From IMG/VR virus record IMGVR_UViG_3300030376_005300, positions 36,987 to 100,986 of that record: a stretch of 64,000 nucleotides of DNA; one strand, 5' to 3'. The position numbers and the translations under genes were made by a program. The DNA is from a virus (lineage: Duplodnaviria; Caudoviricetes). This document shows positions 29,806-37,600 of the stretch, piece by piece. The number at the start of each line of letters is the position of its first letter. Positions within the stretch are counted from its first letter, which is position 1. Under the pieces are notes generated by a model. The model had not been told where the DNA came from. It worked only from the letters and a program-made list of their open reading frames with translations, and ran no database searches.

Positions 29806-29994
29806 TCAAGCATTTCCGGCGGCTGATGGAAAACGACCGGAGGGTCTTAGTGGTTCTTGTGGTAAAGCACCGTGCCTACGCAGGGCATCCAACATTTGAC
29901 TAAGTTCGTACTGCCGCTTTTCCTCTTCTGTCATAAAGGACAAATCCTGCGTGCGACCTTTCAAAAAAATCCAAGACTCGCTGAATGCACTCAT
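29806..29994 (-). CDS. Small protein with SWIFLK leader (MSAFSESWIFLKGRTQ...), 62 aa
   Basis: ATG at 29994 preceded by SD AGGAGTGAAGGA inside the 67-bp repeat. Confidence 0.6.
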   Translation of the reverse strand: MSAFSESWIFLKGRTQDLSFMTEEEKRQYELSQMLDALRRHGALPQEPLRPSGRFPSAAGNA

Positions 29995-30024
29995 TGTTCC
30001 TTCACTCCTAAATTGAAATCCATT
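29958..30024. repeat. 67-bp direct repeat, copy 1 (RBS plus leader-coding module)
   Basis: 63/67 identical to 30271-30337. Confidence 0.9.
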
Positions 30025-30025
30025 C

Positions 30026-30307
30026 TTAATCTTCAAGAGGCCTACCCGTCTGCTGTTGATATTGAGTGGCGAACTCTTCCGCTTGTCGGTCCATTTCGGC
30101 CATTCCTTGCCTTCTCTTTTCCTCTCGGAGTTGGATGGTGCGGGGGTCATTTTCATACGCTTCTTCTTGGAGTTGCCTTATGGCCATCTCCTTCCTTTCC
30201 TTTTCACCGGGACTGTCGTAATGACCTGCCCGAAGTTCATCGGGAATAGCCGCACGAGTTGCGGTCATTTCTTTCAAAAAAATCCAAGACTCATTAAACG
30301 CACTCAT
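30026..30307 (-). CDS. Small protein with SWIFLK leader (MSAFNESWIFLKEMTA...), 93 aa
   Basis: ATG overlaps the stop of the upstream gene (ATGA 30304-30307); same leader as the next gene. Confidence 0.65.
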   Translation of the reverse strand: MSAFNESWIFLKEMTATRAAIPDELRAGHYDSPGEKERKEMAIRQLQEEAYENDPRTIQLREEKRRQGMAEMDRQAEEFATQYQQQTGRPLED

Positions 30308-30337
30308 TGTTCCTTCACTCCTAAATTGAAATCCATT
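30271..30337. repeat. 67-bp direct repeat, copy 2
   Basis: 63/67 identical to 29958-30024. Confidence 0.9.
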
Positions 30338-30591
30338 TGTTTGCCGCATGTCCTGCACTTGTCAACCCAGCAGAAGTACAACATTCCACAATGCTTGCAC
30401 CTCGTACCGGAGCCGATGTTGAGAACATCACCTGCATTCTTATTACGGTTGCGCTGTTTGAGCGTCAAGCCACCGAGTGGATTGTCGTCGTCCGTCCTCA
30501 CCGAAGCCCCGTAGGACTCGTTAAGGCGGATGCCACGCTTCTGTAGACGAGCGATGTCATCAAGACCAAGGCTACCATACTCCTTCACCAT
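30304..30591 (-). CDS. Zinc-ribbon protein, ~95 aa
   Basis: CKHC...CRTC; SD GAGGTGG upstream. Confidence 0.65.
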   Translation of the reverse strand: MVKEYGSLGLDDIARLQKRGIRLNESYGASVRTDDDNPLGGLTLKQRNRNKNAGDVLNIGSGTRCKHCGMLYFCWVDKCRTCGKQMDFNLGVKEQ

Positions 30592-30598
30592 AACCACC

Positions 30599-30772
30599 TC
30601 AACTGGTAGTCACGATAATGAAGATGTTCCCAAGGACGATATGAGGGTCAGCCGTAGTACAGGTGTTGGAACCTATAGCCGTGCTGATAGCCGTTGCTAT
30701 CGCCGTACGAGCAGTGGAGTCTTGGAAATCCTTTGGAGGATATGGACCAAGAATGGTGACGCTCTTTGCCAT
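30599..30772 (-). CDS. Small virion-associated hypothetical protein, 57 aa (below the ORF-track cutoff)
   Basis: Manual translation MAKSVTILGPYPPKDFQDSTARTAIATAISTAIGSNTCTTADPHIVLGNIFIIVTTS; SD GAGGTGG; fills an operon gap exactly. Confidence 0.65.
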   Translation of the reverse strand: MAKSVTILGPYPPKDFQDSTARTAIATAISTAIGSNTCTTADPHIVLGNIFIIVTTS

Positions 30773-30782
30773 TTAAGCCACC

Positions 30783-31109
30783 TCATCGGCGACCAATAGC
30801 GAAGAAAGTTCCAGCCTGTGCAGGTGCTGTGTTTGCAACATCACCGGGGTCTTGCAGACCAGCCGCCAAACGAATGGTTGTACCGTCAATACGAGCATCT
30901 ACTCCAAAGTGTACAGTTTGAAGTGGTGGCGATGCACCAGTGTCGGTAATTGCTCGTCCTGCGATAGCACCGCTTGAGTTTGCGCCAGCGAAATCAATGC
31001 TTGACAATAGACTACTCAAGTCAATAGCGTTATCACCTGCGGCATAAGTACCTGTGATTATCATTCGGTCGCCAAAGTAGGTTGGTCGGGGGTCAATTGT
31101 TACTGCCAT
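30783..31109 (-). CDS. Putative head decoration/structural protein, 108 aa
   Basis: In the head operon downstream of the MCP; TAATG coupling. Confidence 0.5.
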   Translation of the reverse strand: MAVTIDPRPTYFGDRMIITGTYAAGDNAIDLSSLLSSIDFAGANSSGAIAGRAITDTGASPPLQTVHFGVDARIDGTTIRLAAGLQDPGDVANTAPAQAGTFFAIGRR

Positions 31110-31510
31110 TATTCTTCATCTCCTGTTGGGGTTTCTGTGGGTTCCTCTGCCGTTGCAGGTTCCTCTACTACAGGCTCAGGGGCTGAGGGATTTAGATGTT
31201 CCTCAACCAAAGCCAGTAATTTGGACTTTGTTGCGTAGCCGGGAAGGTCAATGTTTCGCTCGTCAAGCCATGCGCCAATCTCTTTCTTGGTCCAGCCTGA
31301 ATCGGGGATACCGTCGTTGCCTTCGTCTACAGAGACTTCGGCACTGGCATCGCCTTCAACAAGGAAGGCCGTAGGGTTGGAGCAAATAGGAACTCGGTAT
31401 CGGTCAAGCCATTCTTGGCTAACCTCTACAGGTTCCTTGCGGACCCAAGTATCTGCGCTGTCAGGTCGCTTGCGGTAGACCGCAGACCCGATGTAGGTGA
31501 TTGTAGGCAA
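31109..31510 (-). CDS. Protein with HeH/LEM/SAP-like helical motif, 133 aa
   Basis: PDSGWTKKEIGAWLDERNIDLPGYATKSKLLALV; such proteins often follow the MCP; acidic P/E tail. Confidence 0.55.
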   Translation of the reverse strand: MPTITYIGSAVYRKRPDSADTWVRKEPVEVSQEWLDRYRVPICSNPTAFLVEGDASAEVSVDEGNDGIPDSGWTKKEIGAWLDERNIDLPGYATKSKLLALVEEHLNPSAPEPVVEEPATAEEPTETPTGDEE

Positions 31511-31521
31511 GCCTACTCACC

Positions 31522-32010
31522 TCAAGCGCCAAGCAGTAGAACAGTGACTTGGCAAACTTGGTTTGCGCTTTCCGATTCCAAGATAAGACAAGGCAAGTCG
31601 CCACCTGTGGCGAGAGGTGCGACTGTTGCGTCTGCACCCACTTTACCTGTGTTGGTCATCGTTGCTGTGACATCTTTTGCAGAGGTTGCCGAAGCAAGTC
31701 CGACAATTCCAAGAATCTTTGAAGCGCCTGCTGAAAACAATAGGGGCTCAACGGTTGTCGCTTGAACAATGTTTACCGTGAAGGTCACCATTCTGAGTCC
31801 GCCCACTGCGCCGCCATCGGCGTTGCTTGCAGTGAAACCAGTGAGGCTACCGGGGTAAGAGCCGCCGGAATTGCCGTTCAACCAGCCAGTTTCATCAACT
31901 GGTGTACCTTGTCGCATATCAATATCAGCAAGAATGTCCACGAGCGTGAAATCGCTGTCGGCCACTTTGATGCTAAGTCCTTTTTCTGTCGTTGTGGTTG
32001 TTGCTACCAT
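31522..32010 (-). CDS. Putative capsid decoration/minor capsid protein, 162 aa
   Basis: Immediately downstream of the MCP; T/G/A-rich beta composition; SD GGAGATGA. Confidence 0.5.
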   Translation of the reverse strand: MVATTTTTEKGLSIKVADSDFTLVDILADIDMRQGTPVDETGWLNGNSGGSYPGSLTGFTASNADGGAVGGLRMVTFTVNIVQATTVEPLLFSAGASKILGIVGLASATSAKDVTATMTNTGKVGADATVAPLATGGDLPCLILESESANQVCQVTVLLLGA

Positions 32011-32046
32011 AATTCATCATCTCCTGTATTTTTTCTCCATGAAACC

Positions 32047-33174
32047 TCATTGAAGGTCGCGGATTGAACCTTGACCCCCGAAGAAAGTAGTCCACACCTC
32101 ACCCATGGTTCGGTAAAGACCTTCTTGACCGAGGCGGTTGATGGCGAATGGGTCGCCAGTTTCAATTCCGCTCTCAAAGTACTGCGTAGGCTTTGCGGTG
32201 GAGAAGTACACATAGTCCGTGTCCAACATGTAGATACGGCTGATACCGTCGCCAGCCATCTCCTTGGTAGGGATGATTGGAACACCGTTGTAGGTAGCCA
32301 CGATGAATCCGGCTTCAACACCGGGAACACCCTTGACACCGTTGAAGGTGGGGACGACTCGCTTCTCTTCCATAAATCGCTGTTGTGCTTGGAGGAGTTG
32401 CTGGATTCGCATCAAAGTGTCGTATCCAGTGAGCATAACCTTGGGGTTGCCTCCTCTCTGCCAAATGAGGCGGAAGATTTCATCCAAGTGGTCAAGCGAA
32501 AGAGTACGGTTGGCAGATGAACTGTCAGCCGAATCCTCAGCAAACGACCAAGTGTTGGCACTGCGGTCAATGCTGTACATGTCTTCGTCGTTGGTGTCGT
32601 AGTGCGTACCGGAAGTCATGCTGTTGTTTCCAGTGGTGATTCGGTCAAGCGACTCAATGTCGTTTCCTGCAACCGTGGTGACATCCGTGGTCAACATGTC
32701 ATTGATGTGCTCTGCGTGGTGCTTACCCATCTCTTCCTTGAGGACAGAGCGGATGTCGCCAAGTCCATCGTCCTTGTCGTTAAGGAAGATGGCCGTTTCG
32801 CTCATGTCAAAAGAGTGAGCAACGGTCTTTGGCTTTGCGGCCACATTTTGGAATGTTGGCTTGGTGGTGTCAGGTAGAGTACCGTTTTCTGCGATACCGC
32901 CGCCGACCGTCTTGGAAGGCTTAGCGGTGACGACACGCCATCCACTTCGGTCCCAAGGCTTCTTGGGGAGGATGGAGAAAGCGTTGAACTCTTGGTTCAA
33001 TTGCGACCAAACTTTGCGTCCGTAGATGGCTTGGTAGGTACCAGCCGTTGTAGACAACAAAGGTGCGTCTGCTTTCAAAAGTTCACTACCACTGTAGGAG
33101 TAGCCCATGCTTGAGCCTGCACCATAGTAGTATCGTTCCATGTCGTTGATTGTTCTCATGTAATTTCTTGCCAT
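32047..33174 (-). CDS. Major capsid protein (HK97 fold), 375 aa
   Basis: Follows the protease; HK97-type pattern (GGGIAENGTLP, KPKTVAHSFDMSE, YNGVPIIP, IYMLDT, GLYRTMGE..QGSIRDL); resembles magrovirus/halovirus MCPs from memory. Confidence 0.9.
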   Translation of the reverse strand: MARNYMRTINDMERYYYGAGSSMGYSYSGSELLKADAPLLSTTAGTYQAIYGRKVWSQLNQEFNAFSILPKKPWDRSGWRVVTAKPSKTVGGGIAENGTLPDTTKPTFQNVAAKPKTVAHSFDMSETAIFLNDKDDGLGDIRSVLKEEMGKHHAEHINDMLTTDVTTVAGNDIESLDRITTGNNSMTSGTHYDTNDEDMYSIDRSANTWSFAEDSADSSSANRTLSLDHLDEIFRLIWQRGGNPKVMLTGYDTLMRIQQLLQAQQRFMEEKRVVPTFNGVKGVPGVEAGFIVATYNGVPIIPTKEMAGDGISRIYMLDTDYVYFSTAKPTQYFESGIETGDPFAINRLGQEGLYRTMGEVWTTFFGGQGSIRDLQ

Positions 33175-33189
33175 TCTTCATCACTCCTT

Positions 33190-34593
33190 TCATTGTTGGT
33201 GGAAAACACTGCCAGCAAGTCTGTGGACATCTGACCAATCCATGTTTCCAAGTTCTGCCGTTGATGGGATTTCAACGGTGGAGGTTGATTTGCGAAGTTC
33301 CGTGCCGGTGGAGGACGAACCAATGTTGTCAATTCGTGTGCTCAGGTCGGACAGAGCCTTCTCAATGTTTGCGAGAGGGGTGCGTGCATCAAAGGAATGT
33401 GCGGCTCGTGCGTCAGCATCGGCTCGCATTTCCTTGGCGAGTCTGTCAGCGAAGACAGAGCCAAGGTTGCCCTTGAATTGCTCCTCAAGTGAAGCGGCCT
33501 TGTAGACCTCGTAAGCGGCCTCAAGGTCAGCGGCACTCACATCAGATGGAGCGAGGTATCCCTTAGCGACTGCGCCGCTACCGCCGGAGTTGATTTTGCC
33601 GATTGCGTTGGTGGAAGGAGAGCCGCCCTCTTGGGCACGGCCCTTGACTTGACCAGCGAAGTAGTCAGCACCGTCTCCGATTTGCTCAGGAGTGGAGCCG
33701 AGGTTGGCTTTGGAAACGCTGTCAAAGTGGTTGCGAGCACCACTGATGTCAACGCCTTGAGATTTCAAGGTGTTTTCCATCCAGTTCAGGTAGTCAGTGG
33801 TGATAACATCGCTGTATTCACCTTTGGCCATGTCGCCACCGCCGTACATTCCTTCTTTCTTGTCTTCGTCAGCCATTTCTTTCGCCTCGTCTTTTTCTTC
33901 GTCTTTTGGCTTGTCGCCTTTTGGCTTGTCGCCTTTCTTGTCAGCCATGTGCTCTTTCAAGCCTTCGGGCATTTCACCCTTTTCCATAGCATCAAGTCGT
34001 CCGTTCAATCTGTCCAAAACACTGGACAAATCGCCCAATACATTTTCATCACTCATAGTTGTGTCCTCCTTCAATATACGGAATGTCGCCTCCGGGTTTA
34101 TACCTTTTTCACAAATGGTAACTTCGTGCAGTTCCAGTTTGGAGATTTCGGTGTAATCACCGTGTTGCTGGTCACTCTTACGCATGCGCTTGAATGCCTG
34201 CCCTCCAATACTGAACCCACGAAGAGCCCCTTTGCGAATTTCATTAGCCACTTCACGGGCCTTTTCAATGTCGTCTCTCAACTGAATAACGACAAACATA
34301 CCAGCGTCATCAACGCCGGATTTCCAAACACGACCGTCAGAATCAGTGTAGGCAGGTATAACTTCTCCAACTTGAATGTTAGAGTGTGCGAGTTGTACAT
34401 TTCGGTAGCCATCGGCTTTCATGAAACCGTTGAAAGCATTCTTGAGAGCCCCTCTCGTAATGAGGTCGCCCTGCTTGTCAACCATCTCTACCGAAGCATA
34501 TCCGGCAATAACGAGGTCATTGTCCGCCTTGACGATGCTAATGTTCCCACTGTGCTGGACAGGGGAAGTTCGCAGAGTCAGTGCAGAAGCCAT
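33190..34593 (-). CDS. Prohead (capsid maturation) protease fused to a scaffold-like region, 467 aa
   Basis: HK97-family protease motifs IAGYASVEMVDKQGD, LAHSN..VG, GFSIGG, LHEVTI..GINPEA; charged/coiled-coil C-terminal half; start reassigned to ATG 34593. Confidence 0.88.
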   Translation of the reverse strand: MASALTLRTSPVQHSGNISIVKADNDLVIAGYASVEMVDKQGDLITRGALKNAFNGFMKADGYRNVQLAHSNIQVGEVIPAYTDSDGRVWKSGVDDAGMFVVIQLRDDIEKAREVANEIRKGALRGFSIGGQAFKRMRKSDQQHGDYTEISKLELHEVTICEKGINPEATFRILKEDTTMSDENVLGDLSSVLDRLNGRLDAMEKGEMPEGLKEHMADKKGDKPKGDKPKDEEKDEAKEMADEDKKEGMYGGGDMAKGEYSDVITTDYLNWMENTLKSQGVDISGARNHFDSVSKANLGSTPEQIGDGADYFAGQVKGRAQEGGSPSTNAIGKINSGGSGAVAKGYLAPSDVSAADLEAAYEVYKAASLEEQFKGNLGSVFADRLAKEMRADADARAAHSFDARTPLANIEKALSDLSTRIDNIGSSSTGTELRKSTSTVEIPSTAELGNMDWSDVHRLAGSVFHQQ

Positions 34594-34617
34594 TGAACCA
34601 AGAGACAACGCTCTTTG

Positions 34618-34624
34618 TATATAA
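34618..34624 (-). promoter_or_regulatory. Archaeal TATA box for a leaderless protease-MCP transcript
   Basis: TTATATA 25 nt upstream of ATG 34593, with no SD before that ATG. Confidence 0.6.
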
Positions 34625-37600
34625 TTAAGTACGGAAGACAGCCTTGTCAGATGAGACCTCAAGAACACCCTCTTCCATAGGCACAGTCATGCGTTTTTCA
34701 GACTCTTCGTCGTCTTCTTTTGGCTCAATGGTGAAATCTTCTCCGGGCCGCTTGCGATTGTCGTAGTCAGGCATAGTTTTCTCATCGTTGAGATTGGTTG
34801 GACCCGATGGAGATTCAATCGGAGTAGCGTAATCTATCCCTAAGCCCATTGTACCAGTGCTTGATTGGCCAACGGCTCCTGCTCCACTCTTCAAAAATTT
34901 GTCAATGAGCATCAAGCCTTTGACCAAGACCTTCTTTTTCTGTTTCTCTTCCCACCAGTTCGTATCTTCTTCCTTGTGAGGTTCAATGAGCGGTTCGGCC
35001 TCACCTTCGGATTCGTGAATCTCTTCTTTCTCTGCTATCTCAAGTCCAGCCTTCAACAGCGCACCTGCTACTGGACTCCAATACGGTCGCTGACTTTCAG
35101 CAAGACGAATCAGATAGTCGTTATTGGCCAGTGGGGAATGCACCGTCCACATATTACCTCGCTGTGTACACTTGTAGAGAACATCGCCTTGAGGCATGGT
35201 AATACGAACACCCGACTTGGCTCTGCTGATTTCGCACAACCACTGGTCGCTTTCGGACTTAGCCAGCATACCAAGTGTTTCCCTACTAACCAACCCCTCG
35301 CCTTCGGCTTCTCCGATGATTTTGGAACCTGTTAGCGTGTACACATCATCACCACCGGTCGTTTCCACCTTGCCGACATTGGCAACATTAACTCTAACAT
35401 GGTCACCTTCGTTGAATTTCTCAGGACTGTTGAACGCCACACCGACATCCATGTACATCTCACCTTCGGATTCTACAGCCCTGTCACCAATCTCTTCGTC
35501 TTTTGTAATCGGTCCAGTGCCAAGTCGGTAGGTGTAGGGGTCAGAACCTCGGCGCTCCAACACTCGCAAGACAACATCGCTACCGGGTTTGAGCATGACC
35601 CACTTCGGATGGCGCAATTCGCCAACCATGTAAACTGATTTGGCATCCCTGAGCAAAAGCGACTCGTGTGTCTCCATCAAACTCTTTACCGTGACTTTGA
35701 GTCCTTCATCATCGGTTAGTCTTGTATCGCTGGCACTGGGAACATGAATGTTCTCAACACCCTCCAACCCACCTCGTACAATCTTGATACGGTCGTTGAG
35801 CGGTACATCGTGAACTGCTTTCTCAGCAAACTCAATCACATCAAAGATGTAGTAGCCTTCTTCGGTCTTGATGACATCGGCATGGAAGTCCTCGTCTGTG
35901 ACTTTCTTGAAGTTCTCTTTGTCTTCATCGCTGAGACTGAACGACTTGGACGACACTTCGTCATCCTCTTTCTTGACAAAGCCTCGCTCACCTTCGGGCA
36001 TGTGAGAAACAATCCAGTCGCCTGTGAATCCTCGCAGGTCTTCAAGGTCGTCCAGTTCAAAAATACGGTGCATGGGTTGGAGTATAGGTACTTTCTTGCC
36101 CAAGTCTTTGCGGATGATGTCAGGGTTGGTCAAGTCGGCCAATCCAATTTCAGCCTTGGTAGTGGAATGCTTGTCACCGTGACGAGTGAGGCCTCGTTCG
36201 TCCGGCTTGAACTGCGCGCCCATACGGTCCAGTCTGTTGAGCCCGTCACGATGAACTTGGTGGTCAGGGTGTCTCAGCATCTCCATCCATTCGGAAGGTG
36301 CAACTCTGTCCCAAAACTTACCGAGCGGTTGAATCAAACGCTGTGCGTGCCCTTCGGGTACAGGCGTGATACTGACATTCCCGTTTCTTGAGATGCGGTA
36401 CTTGAAGTTGGGGCGAAACTCATCGCCGAACTCGTGACGCAGACCTGTGGAATTGTACACGCTGTGAACAGAGTGAGCGTTGGGTCCGAACTGGTCAACG
36501 GGTACATCGGTCATTTCGTCAGAAGTCTCGGTGACGCTTTCAGGCATAGGTACACTGGGGTCGTTGGTCAGAATGCTGTCCAACTTCTGCATGACATTCC
36601 AATAGTCGTTTTGGTACCTCAATGTCTTCTTTCCGCCGAACTTCACATTTTTCGGAGTAGAGGGTTTGGTCTCGTGAACAATTTCACCCTGCTTACTTTC
36701 CTTGCGCTGACGACGAGGGTCACTGTTGAACGCCAAGTGGTGATGAAGGCCAAGTTGTGAGTTGCGTTCTTCGGCTCTGTGGCCGACGGTGTTGTAAATT
36801 CCGTTGACCAATCTCAAGAAGTCCATATTTCTACTTCTTGGGTCTTTCTTCAACGATTCATGCTCTTTCTCAATATCAAGGTCGGGGTGTAATTGTTGAA
36901 GGAACTGGCGCATGGTCATGATAGGCGCTGAATACGAGGGGTCTTGCTGATAATTTGGAAGGAAGGTGTTTTGGATGTAATCAAGGAAGGTGGCGTTGTG
37001 GTATTCGTTGTTGGGGTCAAGTCCCAACTGTTGCATCAGTGCCTCGTTGTCGCCCAAGGTCTCGGCACTCATCATCGTCTCGTGACCTTGAAACGCCTGC
37101 TTGACCTGCGAGCCAATGTCAAGTTGCCCACTCAATCCCTCTTTGGTGACTCGGTTATGACCTCGTGTGCGAATACCGTGCTGGTCGTGCGGTACAGTGT
37201 TGAGATAGTCGTTGGCCATCATGGCGAACATTCGCATGTTCGCTTCCACTGTTTCGTGGTCCAAGTTGGGATTGAAAATGTGGTTGAAGAGTTCAGGGTC
37301 GGACTGGAGTAGATTTTTGAGATGCACTCCTGCACTGGTCATGGCGTTGGTATCGGCCACCAACTTGTCTTGCAGAATGCCGTCGTGACCATCAACAGAA
37401 AACCTTTGACCGCGCTTTTCACTCGCCGCTTCCAACCGAGCCTCCAAGTCGTCCAATCGTTGGTTGTTTTCAACCATGCGTCTACGGATGTCTTCCATTC
37501 CGGCTTCGTCTTTGATTTCCCGATGAACCTCCATTGATTCTTGTAAAAGTGACATCTCTGCAATCGCGTTTTCATACTCTTCCGTCGCAGGTGACGGTGG

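Noticed and set aside
29958-30337. 67-bp repeats as attL/attR, transposon ends, or DGR template/variable repeats
   Set aside because: No integrase, transposase or reverse transcriptase in the window; the four mismatches are transitions, mostly at synonymous positions, not an adenine-specific mutagenesis pattern
33631-34596. 321-aa plus-strand ORF
   Set aside because: Antisense shadow of the protease gene, with no recognisable motifs
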